Shown here one piece after another: positions 9,446 to 19,581 of a DNA stretch of 64,000 nt. Within the stretch, counting starts at the first letter, position 1. Every line of letters starts with the position of its first letter. Source of the DNA: an uncultured delta proteobacterium (GTDB lineage Bacteria > Desulfobacterota > Binatia > Binatales > Binataceae); contig CAWJET010000002.1 in the NCBI GenBank assembly GCA_963842085.1, forward strand, positions 1,184,001 to 1,248,000, given 5' to 3'. Position numbers and translations under genes: made by a program. The notes under the pieces were generated by a model. That model saw nothing but the letters and a program-made list of their open reading frames with translations, searched no databases and was not told where the DNA came from.

Positions 9446-10843
9446 ATGAGCAACGAAATCACGATGCCCAAGCTCTCGGACACGATGGAGGAAGGCAAGA
9501 TCCTCCGCTGGCTCAAGCATCCCGGCGACAAAATCGCGCGCGGCGAGGCGATCGCCGAGGTCGAGACCGACAAGGCCGACATGGTGCTCGAATCGTTCGA
9601 TGAGGGCGTGCTCGAACAGATCAAATTGAATGAAGGCGAGAGCGCGCCGGTGGGCACCGTGATCGCGCTAATGAAATCCGCAGGCGCGAAAGACGCCAAA
9701 TCCGGTGCCAAGCCTGGCTCCCAAGGCGATACGGCCGCCGTCACCGAAAGAGCCTCACAGTCAGCCAAGCCGATTGCGACAAAACCGAAGGCAGCCGAAA
9801 AGAAAGAGTCACCGAAAAGATCGATCGCCCCGGCCGCCGTCGTCACCGACGGCTCCGCCGGCGATCTGCACGTGCATCCTGCGATGTCCGCGAATCTCTC
9901 CGCCGCGCCGACCGCCATCGCCGCTCCTCCTCCCCAACCCGAGCCGCCGGCCTCCGCGGCTGACGCCGACGCGGGCGACGGCCACAAGCTGCGCGCCTCG
10001 CCGCTGGCGCGCCGCGCCGCCGAGGAGGCCGGCGTCGACATCGCCCACGTCCGCGGCACCGGTCCCGAAGGGCGCGTGACCAAGCGCGACATCGACAACT
10101 TCGTCCGCGAGCAGCAACTGTTCAAGTTCCGCCGCCTGGTGTCGCCGCGCGAGGGCGCACCCGGCTCGCGCGAAGAACTGTCCGCGATGCGCAAGACCAT
10201 CGCCAAGCGGATGGCCTTGTCCAAGCGCGAGATCCCGCACTTCTACGTCACCGTCGAAGTCGCGATGGAAGACGCGGTCCGCTTGAAGGACTCACTCGAA
10301 GCGACCGAGCTGTTCGAGGAGACCGTCACCTACAACGACATCATCGTGAAGGCCTGCGCGCTCGCACTCGGCCGCTACCCGCGCATCAACGCCAGCTACG
10401 TGGACGAAGGCATCGCAATCCATCCCAACATCAACATCGGAGTCGCCGTCGCAGTCGAGGACGGCTTGATCCTGCCGGTGATTCGCGAATGCGAGCGGTT
10501 GTCGCTGCTGGAGATTTCGCGCGCTGCCCATAGACTCGTCGCCAAGTCGAGCCGCGGCGGTTTCACCTCCGACGAACTGTCGGGCGCGACCTTCTCGATT
10601 TCCAACATGGGCATGCTCGGCATCGAGCATTTCGCCGCGGTGATCGTGCCGCCCCAGGCCGCGATTCTCGCCGTGAGCGCCATCAAGGATCGCCCGGTCG
10701 TTCGCAACGGCCAGCTCGCTGTCGGCAAAACCATGATGGTCACCGGGTCATTCGACCATCGCATCGTTGACGGTGTGGTAGCCGGCCGCTTCCTGGATGA
10801 ACTGAAGCGCTTTCTCGAAAACCCCGCCAGCCTGCTGCTGTGA
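9446..10843 (+). CDS. pdhC: Dihydrolipoamide acetyltransferase (E2)
   Basis: Lipoyl domain ETDKA, E3-binding ASPLARR...GTGPEGRV, catalytic FDHRIVDG. Confidence 0.92.
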   Translation: MSNEITMPKLSDTMEEGKILRWLKHPGDKIARGEAIAEVETDKADMVLESFDEGVLEQIKLNEGESAPVGTVIALMKSAGAKDAKSGAKPGSQGDTAAVTERASQSAKPIATKPKAAEKKESPKRSIAPAAVVTDGSAGDLHVHPAMSANLSAAPTAIAAPPPQPEPPASAADADAGDGHKLRASPLARRAAEEAGVDIAHVRGTGPEGRVTKRDIDNFVREQQLFKFRRLVSPREGAPGSREELSAMRKTIAKRMALSKREIPHFYVTVEVAMEDAVRLKDSLEATELFEETVTYNDIIVKACALALGRYPRINASYVDEGIAIHPNINIGVAVAVEDGLILPVIRECERLSLLEISRAAHRLVAKSSRGGFTSDELSGATFSISNMGMLGIEHFAAVIVPPQAAILAVSAIKDRPVVRNGQLAVGKTMMVTGSFDHRIVDGVVAGRFLDELKRFLENPASLLL

Positions 10844-11562
10844 ACGATAAAATCACCCTGTACGACTTCCACGGCTCGCCATGCGCGCGTCGAGTGCGAA
10901 TCGTGATGCTCGAAAAGAGCCTCGAGTGGGAAACCCGGCTCGTCGATCTCACCAGGATGGAGCAGAAGCGGCCGGAGTATCTCGCGCTCAACCCTAACGG
11001 CCTGGTGCCGACGCTGGTCCACGGCGCTCGCGTCATCTACGAGTCCAACGTCATCACCGAATATCTCGATGCCGTCTTTCCCGAGCCGCGCTTGTATCCC
11101 GCCGACCCCTGGCGATGCGCCCGCGCGAAGATGTGGCAGGCGTTCGAGCTCTCGATGGCCAAGGAGTACCGCCCGCTGATGTACCTGCGAGTGATTGGAC
11201 CGCTCGATCGCCAGCGCCCCAGGGACGAGGTGATGCGCGACGTGCGCCGCTCCACGGACGATCCCGCGCACATCGATTGGGTGAGCCGCGTGTGCGACGG
11301 TACCGCCGTCAGCGAGGATGAGGCGGCGCTGCTGGCGGGTCAGCTCTACCAGCGCATCGATCACATCGAGGGTGAGCTGACCGGCGACTTCCTCCTAGGC
11401 GAGCGCTTTTCGATCGCCGACATTTCCGTGTATCCGCGAGTCGCGATGTATCCGATGGTCGGCCTGGCGCTTGACTCCACGAAGTATCCGCGAACGACCC
11501 GCTGGATGTCCGCGATGGCGCAACGCCCGACGTTCAAGCGCAGCGAACGCGTCCGCTCCTGA
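10840..11562 (+). CDS. Glutathione S-transferase family protein
   Basis: SPCARRVRI, LNPNGLVPTL, ESNVITEYLD, FSIADI; GTGA overlap with pdhC. Confidence 0.88.
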   Translation: MNDKITLYDFHGSPCARRVRIVMLEKSLEWETRLVDLTRMEQKRPEYLALNPNGLVPTLVHGARVIYESNVITEYLDAVFPEPRLYPADPWRCARAKMWQAFELSMAKEYRPLMYLRVIGPLDRQRPRDEVMRDVRRSTDDPAHIDWVSRVCDGTAVSEDEAALLAGQLYQRIDHIEGELTGDFLLGERFSIADISVYPRVAMYPMVGLALDSTKYPRTTRWMSAMAQRPTFKRSERVRS

Positions 11563-11583
11563 TTGACGGTTTCGACACCCGGC

Positions 11584-11895
11584 TCAGTAGTCGGTGCTGA
11601 CTCGACTCAGGGCCTGATCAATCTGAGCTTGCGAGACGAGCTCGCCTTTCGAGACCTTCCGCATCAACTGCCGATCTTGCCTTGCCTGAACGTAGTAATT
11701 CTGCTGAGTGACCGGCTCCTGCGTCCAGAACTTCGCCTTGATTTCGTCCATCTGCGCCTGATGGTCGAGCTGGTTGATCAGTGCAGTTCTGTCAGCCTGA
11801 GGAATTGAACTGAGAGGCGCCGATTGAGCAATGGCGACGACTGGAATGGCCAGTCCACAGACGAAGGCAATGACCCCAAGAAATCTTGCGTTCAT
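11584..11895 (-). CDS. Hypothetical secreted protein
   Basis: GGAGG RBS; signal peptide MNARFLGVIAFVCGLAIPVVAIA. Confidence 0.6.
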   Translation of the reverse strand: MNARFLGVIAFVCGLAIPVVAIAQSAPLSSIPQADRTALINQLDHQAQMDEIKAKFWTQEPVTQQNYYVQARQDRQLMRKVSKGELVSQAQIDQALSRVSTDY

Positions 11896-12085
11896 TTCCG
11901 TAACCTCCGTAATAATCTCTTAACGCTCTCGTAATATTTTAGTGACGTTGTGGATTCAGCGGCTATTCAAAACGGTGATGCAACACTGAAGTTCGTGCAT
12001 TTCTCCGCACGCGACCGCGCGTCATGACCCTTACTCGATGCTTTGATTCGGAGAATAATGAGTAAAACATCGGAAGGACTTCATC

Positions 12086-13498
12086 TTGGATAACTCCCGC
12101 TATGACCTTGTCGTGATCGGTTCCGGACCCGGTGGTTACGTCGCTGCGATTCGCGCCAGCCAGCTTAAAATGCGCGTTGCTGTCGTTGAGCGGGACCGGC
12201 CCGGGGGAGTTTGCCTCAATTGGGGATGCATCCCGTCGAAAGCGCTGCTTAATTCCGCCGGTGCGATGGACACCATTCGCGGCGCGGCTAAGGAGCACGG
12301 CATCGAGGTTGGCGAGGTTCGGTTCGATTTCGCCAAGGTGATCGCGCGCTCGCGGGCTGCTGCAGAGAAGCTTTCCAAGGGCGTCCTCTTCCTGCTCAAG
12401 AAAAACAAGATCGATTACTTCGAGGCTGACGCCGTCATCACCGGGCCGCATTCCGTCTCGCTCAAGCAGGTTGAAGGCAAGGCAGCGCCGGCGGCCGCGT
12501 CGCTCGAAGGCGAGCGGATTTTGATTGCGACTGGGTCCGCCGAGAAACTGTTCCCGGGAATGAAAGTCGGCGACGGCGTCGTCACCAGCAAGGAGGCGCT
12601 GCTGCTCGACAAGATGCCCGCGAGCGTCGTCGTGATAGGCGCCGGCGCAATCGGCCTCGAGTTCGGCTACTTCTACAGCGCGTTCGGCGCCAAGGTAACG
12701 ATCGTCGAGCTCGAGAAGCAAATGGTCCCCGGCATCGACGCCGAAGTCGCCGAGGAGATCCGCCGCGCGTTCGTCAAACGCGGCATCACCGTGATGCTCG
12801 GGCGTGGCTACAAGTCGATGGCGCGCAAGGGCGACCTGTGGTCGGTCACGGTGACCGCGGACGGCGCCGAAAAATCGATCGACGGCGAGGTCGTGCTGGT
12901 GGCAGTCGGCCGCACCCCGCTCAGCCGCAACGTCGGACTCGAAAAACTCGGCATCGAGCTCGACCGCGGCGGCTTCGTCAAGGTAAACGACTCGTTCCAG
13001 ACCGGCGTCCCGAGCATCTACTCGATCGGCGACGTGATCCGCCCGCCCCTGCTCGCGCACAAGGCCAGCTCCGAGGGTATCGCGGCAGTTGAAATCATGG
13101 CGGGCGTGCGCGAGCCTGGCTTCGACCTGCTCGCGATCCCCGCTTGCATCTACTGCGAGCCCGAAGTTGCGACGGTGGGACTCAACGAGGCCGAGGCCAA
13201 GGCGCGCGGCATCGACGTGAAGGTCGGCAAGTTTCCGTTTCGCGCGCTGGGCAAGGCGGTTGCGATTGGCGAGACCGCGGGCTTCGTAAAAATCGTCGCG
13301 ACCAGGCAGTACGGCGAAGTGATCGGATGTCAGATTATCGGACACGCCGCCACCGATATCATTTCCGAAGTCGTGCTCGGCAAAACACTCGAGACCACCG
13401 TCACCGAAATCGGCAAGACCGCGCATCCGCATCCCACGATGTCCGAGGCGATCATGCAGGCGGCTTTGGCCGCCGACGGCGTAGCGATAGACTTCTGA
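12086..13498 (+). CDS. lpdA: Dihydrolipoamide dehydrogenase (E3)
   Basis: GSGPGG, GGVCLNWGCIPSK, GAGAIG, HPHPTMSE. Confidence 0.95.
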   Translation: MDNSRYDLVVIGSGPGGYVAAIRASQLKMRVAVVERDRPGGVCLNWGCIPSKALLNSAGAMDTIRGAAKEHGIEVGEVRFDFAKVIARSRAAAEKLSKGVLFLLKKNKIDYFEADAVITGPHSVSLKQVEGKAAPAAASLEGERILIATGSAEKLFPGMKVGDGVVTSKEALLLDKMPASVVVIGAGAIGLEFGYFYSAFGAKVTIVELEKQMVPGIDAEVAEEIRRAFVKRGITVMLGRGYKSMARKGDLWSVTVTADGAEKSIDGEVVLVAVGRTPLSRNVGLEKLGIELDRGGFVKVNDSFQTGVPSIYSIGDVIRPPLLAHKASSEGIAAVEIMAGVREPGFDLLAIPACIYCEPEVATVGLNEAEAKARGIDVKVGKFPFRALGKAVAIGETAGFVKIVATRQYGEVIGCQIIGHAATDIISEVVLGKTLETTVTEIGKTAHPHPTMSEAIMQAALAADGVAIDF

Positions 13499-13500
13499 TT

Positions 13501-14196
13501 ATGGATGCGCGCCGAGCACTCACCATCGCCGATTTGGGCGTGGTCGATTACGACGCCGCGCTCGCGATGCAGACCGCGATGCTCGCGGCGCGGCTCGATG
13601 GCAAAATCGGCGACACGCTGCTGATGATGGAGCATCCGCACGTCTTCACGCTCGGCCGCGGCGCCGACGAGCGCTTCATCGTCGGCAATCCCGCTGGTGT
13701 GCCGATTCGGCGCGTTTCGCGCGGCGGGCAGGTGACCTATCACGGTCCCGGACAGCTCGTCGGCTATCCGATTCTCAAGCTTGAAGGACGCGACCGCGAC
13801 GTGACGAAGTATCTTCGCGATCTAGAGGCCGCGATGATCGACGCGCTCGCAAAATTCTGCATCGACGCCGCGCGCCGCATCGCGATGACCGGTGTGTGGG
13901 TCGGCTCGTGCAAGATCGCGTCGATCGGTGTCGGCATCCGGCGCTGGACCACCTGGCACGGCTTCGCTCTGAACGTATCCACCGATCTCAGCTTCTTCGA
14001 TTCGATCGTGCCCTGCGGTATCGAGGGATGCCGCATGACTTCGGTCTGCGAACTGACGAATCGCGCGGTGTCAGTGCGCGAGTTCGCCGGCGTGATGCGC
14101 GAAAGTTTCGCGCGCGTGTTCCACTACGATGAAATAATTCTCACCGGCGCGGCGCAGATTATGCCGGCGCCGCAGTTGATGGTCAGCGATGGCTGA
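13501..14196 (+). CDS. lipB: Octanoyltransferase LipB
   Basis: EHPHVFTLGR, RGGQVTYHGPGQLVGY, KIASIG, HGFALN, IVPCG. Confidence 0.95.
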   Translation: MDARRALTIADLGVVDYDAALAMQTAMLAARLDGKIGDTLLMMEHPHVFTLGRGADERFIVGNPAGVPIRRVSRGGQVTYHGPGQLVGYPILKLEGRDRDVTKYLRDLEAAMIDALAKFCIDAARRIAMTGVWVGSCKIASIGVGIRRWTTWHGFALNVSTDLSFFDSIVPCGIEGCRMTSVCELTNRAVSVREFAGVMRESFARVFHYDEIILTGAAQIMPAPQLMVSDG

Positions 14197-15079
14197 ACGG
14201 AAGCATCCCGACTGGATCAAGGTTCGCGCGCCGGCGTCGCCCGAGTACTTTCGCACCAGGGCGATTCTCGGCGAGCTCAAGCTGCATTCCGTCTGCCAGG
14301 AGGCGTGCTGCCCGAACATCGGCGAATGCTTTTCGCATCGCACGGCCACCTTCATGCTGATGGGCGACGTGTGCACGCGCAACTGTCCGTACTGCGCGGT
14401 CGCGCACGGCAAAGTGCGCCCGCTGGATGCCGACGAGCCGCGGCGAATCGCGGAGGCGGTGGCGCGGCTTGGGCTGCAACACGTCGTCGTCACCTCGGTC
14501 GATCGCGACGACCTGCCCGACGGCGGCGCCGCGCATTTCGCGGCGACGGCGCATGCGATCAAAGCGAATCCGGCGCCGGCGCGCGTCGAGGTGCTGGTGC
14601 CCGACTTCCAGGGATCGTTTGCCAGCGTCGAGACGGTGGTGGAAGCGCCAATCGACATCTACAACCACAATATCGAAACGGTGCCGAGTCTTTATCGCTC
14701 GGTGCGGCCGGGCGGGAACTACGACCGCTCGCTCGACGTTATCCGCCATGCAAAAGATACCGCGCGCCGGCTGGGCAGGCCGATGTTCACCAAGGCGGGC
14801 GTGATGCTCGGGCTGGGCGAGACCAACGAGCAACTGCTCGACGTGCTACGCGACCTGCGCCGCGTCGAGTGCGAGATCCTGACGCTCGGGCAGTATCTGC
14901 GGCCGTCGGCGGAACACATTCCGGTGGCCAGGTACGTGCCGCCGGCGGAGTTCGCGGAGTTGAAGACTGCGGCGCTCGCGATGGGGTTCCATCACGTCGA
15001 GTCGGGGCCGCTGGTGCGCAGCTCGTACCACGCGTGGAAACACGTGCAGCAAGACGGCGCGGCCGCCGGGATATCCTAA
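14189..15079 (+). CDS. lipA: Lipoyl synthase
   Basis: CQEACCPNIGEC, radical SAM CTRNCPYC, VTSVDRDDL, RSSY. Confidence 0.95.
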   Translation: MAERKHPDWIKVRAPASPEYFRTRAILGELKLHSVCQEACCPNIGECFSHRTATFMLMGDVCTRNCPYCAVAHGKVRPLDADEPRRIAEAVARLGLQHVVVTSVDRDDLPDGGAAHFAATAHAIKANPAPARVEVLVPDFQGSFASVETVVEAPIDIYNHNIETVPSLYRSVRPGGNYDRSLDVIRHAKDTARRLGRPMFTKAGVMLGLGETNEQLLDVLRDLRRVECEILTLGQYLRPSAEHIPVARYVPPAEFAELKTAALAMGFHHVESGPLVRSSYHAWKHVQQDGAAAGIS

Positions 15080-15113
15080 CCTCTCTTTGTCCGAAGAGAG
15101 GTCAGCAATCTCC

Positions 15114-15155
15114 AAAAAAACAGCGCGCCGCGGGACTTCAGTCACGCGGCGCGCC
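15114..15155 (-). terminator. Intrinsic terminator between convergent lipA and mlaA
   Basis: GCGCGCCGCG..CGCGGCGCGC stem with an A7 run on + (U-tract on the minus strand). Confidence 0.6.
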
Positions 15156-15187
15156 GGTCGTCAAATTACGCTTGCTCTAACCTCGGC

Positions 15188-16003
15188 TTACCACTCTTCC
15201 TCGTGAAGCTTCTTGACGTCATGATCGCGCGTCTGCAGGTACGCGTCCTGAACGGCGCCGTAGAGATCGACCGCGTAGCGATCGGCTTCCTCGAATTGGT
15301 TCATATGCAGCGAGCGGTAGTTCACCGCTTCGACCGCGCGCTGCCCGGCGGCCACCGTCACCGATATCCACGTCGGAACCAGGTAGTCCAGCGGATTCAT
15401 CGCACCGTCTGCCACCAGCCCGACCGTGTCGCCAATGGTCGAGGGCCCAAAGAACGGCAGCATCAGGTACGGGCCGGTCGGGATGTTGTAGTAGCGAATG
15501 GTGAGGCCGAAATCGTTGGGATGCTCTTTGAGCCCAAACCATTCGTCGGCGGGATCGAAGAAGCCGACTATCCCGATGGTCGTGTTGATTCCGAAACGGG
15601 CGACTTCGCCGCCGGCTTCGGCCAGCTTGAGCTGAAACAGGTTGTTGGCGAACCGCGGGATCACGTTCACGTTGTCAAAGAATCTGCCTACGCTCTCGCG
15701 CACCGGTTGCGGCGCGATAACTGAGTAGCCGCTGGCGACCGGGCGCAGCACCCAGTCGTCGAGCTTGAGGTTGAAGGTGAACATCGGCTCATTGAAGCCC
15801 GACAATGGATCGGAATAGACGCCCTGATTCTCGCCCGGCGGTGTCTGCGTAGCCGGGGCCGATTGAGCGGCGGCGTTTTGCGACGGCGGAGTGCCGTTCT
15901 GACTCAGCGCCGGCGTCGCAAACGAAACGACCGCGAGCAGGGACCATGCGAGCATCGTCCAGCGCGCGCCTGTCCTTTCGATTTGTTTCGAACCAGATCT
16001 CAT
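15188..16003 (-). CDS. mlaA: MlaA/VacJ family lipid-asymmetry protein
   Basis: DPLSGFNEPMFTFN, RFGINTTIGIVGFFDPA, DFGLT, GPYLMLPFFGPST; GGAGAGG RBS before ATG 16003. Confidence 0.9.
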   Translation of the reverse strand: MRSGSKQIERTGARWTMLAWSLLAVVSFATPALSQNGTPPSQNAAAQSAPATQTPPGENQGVYSDPLSGFNEPMFTFNLKLDDWVLRPVASGYSVIAPQPVRESVGRFFDNVNVIPRFANNLFQLKLAEAGGEVARFGINTTIGIVGFFDPADEWFGLKEHPNDFGLTIRYYNIPTGPYLMLPFFGPSTIGDTVGLVADGAMNPLDYLVPTWISVTVAAGQRAVEAVNYRSLHMNQFEEADRYAVDLYGAVQDAYLQTRDHDVKKLHEEEW

Positions 16004-16073
16004 TTGCCTCTCCGTTGGGCCGTCAAATTTCCCCTGAAAGCGTACCTGTCCGGACCGAAGGAATCCATACCAG

Positions 16074-16751
16074 TTAGTGATTCGCGAGACTTGCCGCAAG
16101 AGCGGCCTGCTTGCTCTTCAAGTCGCTGATCAGGGTCTCGTAGCCCTTGTTGTTCATCACCCGATTAAACTGGTTGCGGTAATTCGCGATGATGCTGATC
16201 GCGTCCACGGTCACGTCGTAGATCTTCCAGGTGCCGCCCTCCTGCAGCAGGCGGTAGTTCACGTGGATTGCGTCCTTGCCCCCCGGCTGAATGATATCGG
16301 TATTGACCTGCGCATATTGGGAGCCCTCGTTCGACGACCTGAGGAAGGCGACCTGCTGCCCGCGATAGTCGTTGATCTTACTAAGGTAAGAATCCTCGAT
16401 GAAAGCGACGAACGCGTTGGTGAACTCCTGCTGCTGGGCAGGCGTGATCTGCTTCCAATGGTAGCCGAGCGCCGACTTCGCCATCTCGGTGAAATCGAAG
16501 GTCGCGGACACGATTTGACGCAGCTTGTCCTGGCGCTGGGCCAGCGGTGTTTGAGTGTCGCGCAGTACCACGAGCGCCTGGTCAACGGTGGTCTTCACCA
16601 CGGACATCGGATCGTCGGCCCAGGCCAGCGCCAGGAAGCGCGACGGTGCAAGGCTCGAAACGAGCGCGGCCGTCAATGTGAACGTCAGCATTGCAATCGC
16701 GCGCCGTCGCAGGATTCGCTGGGTAGAAGTTGGCGTCATCATAAATCTCAC
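16074..16751 (-). CDS. mlaC: MlaC/Ttg2D periplasmic lipid-binding protein
   Basis: FDFTEMAKSALG..W, WKIYDVTVDAISIIANYRNQF. Confidence 0.9.
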   Translation of the reverse strand: MRFMMTPTSTQRILRRRAIAMLTFTLTAALVSSLAPSRFLALAWADDPMSVVKTTVDQALVVLRDTQTPLAQRQDKLRQIVSATFDFTEMAKSALGYHWKQITPAQQQEFTNAFVAFIEDSYLSKINDYRGQQVAFLRSSNEGSQYAQVNTDIIQPGGKDAIHVNYRLLQEGGTWKIYDVTVDAISIIANYRNQFNRVMNNKGYETLISDLKSKQAALAASLANH

Positions 16752-16755
16752 CGGG

Positions 16756-17274
16756 TTATTTCTCGGATTTTCCAGGCTGGTGTTCCTTGTCTGAGTTTGG
16801 GGATTTTGAGTCTTTGTCGGAGCTGCTGCTGCTGCCGGAACTGTTGATTAACTGGCCAATGGCGTCCTCGAGCACAAATGCCGACTGGGTCTGCCGAATC
16901 GTGTCGCCGTTTTTGAGGTAGTGATCGCTCGGGCCGAGTTCGATGGAGACGTACTTGTCGCCGATTATTCCGCTGGTCTTGACCGCCGCAATCGCGTCGT
17001 CGTCGATCTCCACACCGTCGTTCACTCGCATTGCGACTCGCGCGCGATAGTCCTTGAGCCCGATTTGCACAACTTTGCCGATCGGCACGCCGTCCAGCTG
17101 AACCTGATCGCCGGTCTTCAATCCTGAAATATTATCGAAACTTGCGTAGAGGGTGTATCCCGGCGCGGGAATCAGCGAGATCTTGCCCAGCGAAAGCGAC
17201 AGAATAGCCAGGCCGACAATCCCGAGAATCGCGAATATGCCGACGATGAACTGCGTGGTTCGAGTTGCGTACAT
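16756..17274 (-). CDS. mlaD: MlaD MCE-domain protein
   Basis: ASFDNISGLKTGDQV, KTSGIIGDKYVSI, TQSAFVLEDAIG. Confidence 0.92.
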   Translation of the reverse strand: MYATRTTQFIVGIFAILGIVGLAILSLSLGKISLIPAPGYTLYASFDNISGLKTGDQVQLDGVPIGKVVQIGLKDYRARVAMRVNDGVEIDDDAIAAVKTSGIIGDKYVSIELGPSDHYLKNGDTIRQTQSAFVLEDAIGQLINSSGSSSSSDKDSKSPNSDKEHQPGKSEK

Positions 17275-17285
17275 AGAGCTTGGTT

Positions 17286-18116
17286 TCAGCCCGCAAGGGC
17301 TGTTTCATTCTCCTCGCCGGATGCTTTGCCGGCCAGAAACGCCTTGAAAACGTCGTCGTCGGCCGCCATCACCTCGGCCACCGTTCCGTTGAGATGAGTG
17401 CGCCCATTGTGCAGAAAAGCGACGCGGTCGGAAACCTGGAAGACCGCGGGCACGTCGTGACTGACCATCACGGCCGTCAGTTGGAAATTTTCCTGCGTGC
17501 GACGGATAAGTTCGTGAATCGCGCCGGTCCGCGTCGGATCGAGGCCGGTGGTCGGCTCGTCGAGCATAAGGATTTTCGGGCGGCGCACCAGCGCGCGCGC
17601 GAGCGCCGCACGCTTTTGCATCCCGCCGCTCATCTCGGAAGGAAACTTGTTTCCCATGCCTTCGAGTCCGACCGCCTTCAGCGTTTCATGCACGCGCTCG
17701 GCGATCGCCGCGCGATTAAGCCCGGTCTTCTCGACCAGCGGGAAGGCGACGTTGTCGAATATCGACATCGAGTCGAACAGCGCGCCGGCTTGAAAGAGCA
17801 TCCCGAATTTTTCGCGCACGCCGTCCAGCGCCCTGCCGCCAAGCTTGGTCACTTCGACGCCGTCAATCACGATTGTGCCCGAGTCGGGCCGCAGCAGCAG
17901 GTTCAGATGCTTGAGCAGGACGGTCTTGCCGGAGCCGCTGGGCCCCACGATCGTAGTGATCTGGCCGGCGGGGAAATCGAGCGTAACGCCGTCGAGGACC
18001 TGCTGGCGGCCGAAACGACGCCGAAGATCGCGCACCTCGATGGCGTTGCCGGCGCTCGCGATGGCGCCAATCGTCGGCGGATTAGCGTCGCGATGATTGT
18101 TTTCGGTTTCGCTCAT
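17286..18116 (-). CDS. mlaF: MlaF ABC transporter ATPase
   Basis: GPSGSGKT, FQAGALFDSM, MSGGMQKRAALARA, DEPTTGLDP. Confidence 0.92.
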   Translation of the reverse strand: MSETENNHRDANPPTIGAIASAGNAIEVRDLRRRFGRQQVLDGVTLDFPAGQITTIVGPSGSGKTVLLKHLNLLLRPDSGTIVIDGVEVTKLGGRALDGVREKFGMLFQAGALFDSMSIFDNVAFPLVEKTGLNRAAIAERVHETLKAVGLEGMGNKFPSEMSGGMQKRAALARALVRRPKILMLDEPTTGLDPTRTGAIHELIRRTQENFQLTAVMVSHDVPAVFQVSDRVAFLHNGRTHLNGTVAEVMAADDDVFKAFLAGKASGEENETALAG

Positions 18117-18140
18117 GGCGGTTCGATCGATAGCGCGTCA

Positions 18141-18917
18141 TCACAAAAGTATTGACGTAAGAAAATAGTCGAAAGCAAGAATCAAGACGCTGGACAAAAC
18201 CACGGCCTCGGTGGTGGCGCGGCTGACCCCGGTCGCCATCCGTTCGGCGTTATATCCCTTGTAGCAACAGACCCACATTACGACTACGCCGAAGACCAGC
18301 GCCTTGTAGAGGCCGGTCATGATGTCGTGGCCGCTCATGTTGGCGGCGATGCCGTTGAAGTAGGCGCCCGACGGCGCGCCCATCAGGCCGACGCCAATCA
18401 TGTAGCCGCCAAAGATTCCAATCACGTCGAAGATCGAGGTCAGCAGCGGGAAACTGATCACGCCCGCCAGCATCCGCGGCGAAACCAGGTATTGCACGGG
18501 GTTGATCGCCATCACGGTGAGCGCGTCGATCTGTTCGGTGGATTGCATCGAGCCGAGCTCCGCAGCCATCGCGGAACCGGCGCGCGCCGTGATCATGATG
18601 GCGGCCAGCACCGGTCCGAGCTCGCGCACCAGCACCAGGGCTACGACCGTGCCGAGTGCGCCGTCCGAGCCGAAGCGGCGCAGCGTGTTGTAGCCCTGCA
18701 GCCCAAGCACCATGCCGGTGAAAGCCCCGATCAGAATGATAAGAAAAAGCGAGTCGGCGCCGATGATCCGTGTCTGCCGAATCCATAGCCGCGGCTTGTA
18801 CGGCGGGACGAAAACAAAAAAGACCGAGCCCAGCAAAAAAAGCACAAACCCGCCGAGGCGGACAATGCCGTCGAGCACAAGCGCGCCCAGCCGCTCAATC
18901 ATTTCAACGATCGACAT
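18141..18917 (-). CDS. mlaE: MlaE ABC transporter permease
   Basis: RELGPVLAAIMITARAGSAMAAELGSM..TEQIDAL. Confidence 0.95.
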   Translation of the reverse strand: MSIVEMIERLGALVLDGIVRLGGFVLFLLGSVFFVFVPPYKPRLWIRQTRIIGADSLFLIILIGAFTGMVLGLQGYNTLRRFGSDGALGTVVALVLVRELGPVLAAIMITARAGSAMAAELGSMQSTEQIDALTVMAINPVQYLVSPRMLAGVISFPLLTSIFDVIGIFGGYMIGVGLMGAPSGAYFNGIAANMSGHDIMTGLYKALVFGVVVMWVCCYKGYNAERMATGVSRATTEAVVLSSVLILAFDYFLTSILL

Positions 18918-18936
18918 CAGTCCGTGTTTTCAATTT

Positions 18937-19581
18937 TTAGTGATGAGCAATCCCGAGCCGGGCCAACTGGTTTTGAGTATGCGTAGCGGAGCCGGCGCGC
19001 TCAAACTCGGTCAGATCGGCGATCACGTCGAGGTCCAGCGCTGGCCGCGCAAGTCGCAGCACTCTAGCTGGAACGCCAGAGCCGCGGCAATCGTCCAGAT
19101 GCCGCACCAGGCTCATGCGGCCGAATCGAGTGGGCACGGCGTCGGCGGGTGAGCGGCAAATCATGTTGGTGCCGGAAAAATCGCGCGAGGGGACCAGTAC
19201 CGCGCCGCGTCCGGAGGGCATCGCGGCAAACACGGCATCGATATCTTGGGCGGCCGTCAACGGGATGTCGGACAGCACGGTGCACACGGTTCGCGCGCCC
19301 TGGGCGATCAGCGCATCGGTGGCAAGCGCGACGGCAACGTTGAGGCCGCGCGGAAATTCCTCGTCGATGGCGAGTGCGCCGGCCGCGCGCGCTATCGCCA
19401 GCAGCCCCGAGTCGGACGTCACCACGGCGACTTGGTCGGCAGCGGCGGCGCCGAGCGAGGCGGCCAGCACGTCGCGGAACATCGCCTCGGCCAGCGCGCG
19501 GCGCTCGCCGGTGGGCAGGACGGGGGCGAGCCGGGTCTTGGCGAATTCGAGCTGCTTGGCTGCAATCAAAATAAAGCGCAC
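18937..19581 (-). CDS. cofC: 2-phospho-L-lactate/PEP guanylyltransferase (F420 biosynthesis)
   Basis: AKTRLAPVL, AMFRDVL, GLNVA, SDIPL, GTN, LDLDVIADL. Confidence 0.88.
   Translation of the reverse strand: MRFILIAAKQLEFAKTRLAPVLPTGERRALAEAMFRDVLAASLGAAAADQVAVVTSDSGLLAIARAAGALAIDEEFPRGLNVAVALATDALIAQGARTVCTVLSDIPLTAAQDIDAVFAAMPSGRGAVLVPSRDFSGTNMICRSPADAVPTRFGRMSLVRHLDDCRGSGVPARVLRLARPALDLDVIADLTEFERAGSATHTQNQLARLGIAHH

Noticed and set aside
11963-13432. Long antisense ORFs (also 2146-3048, 30700-32046, 33446-34600, 43351-44301, 46091-47176, 56263-57234)
   Set aside because: Shadow frames of well-supported genes in high-GC DNA, with no recognisable motifs.
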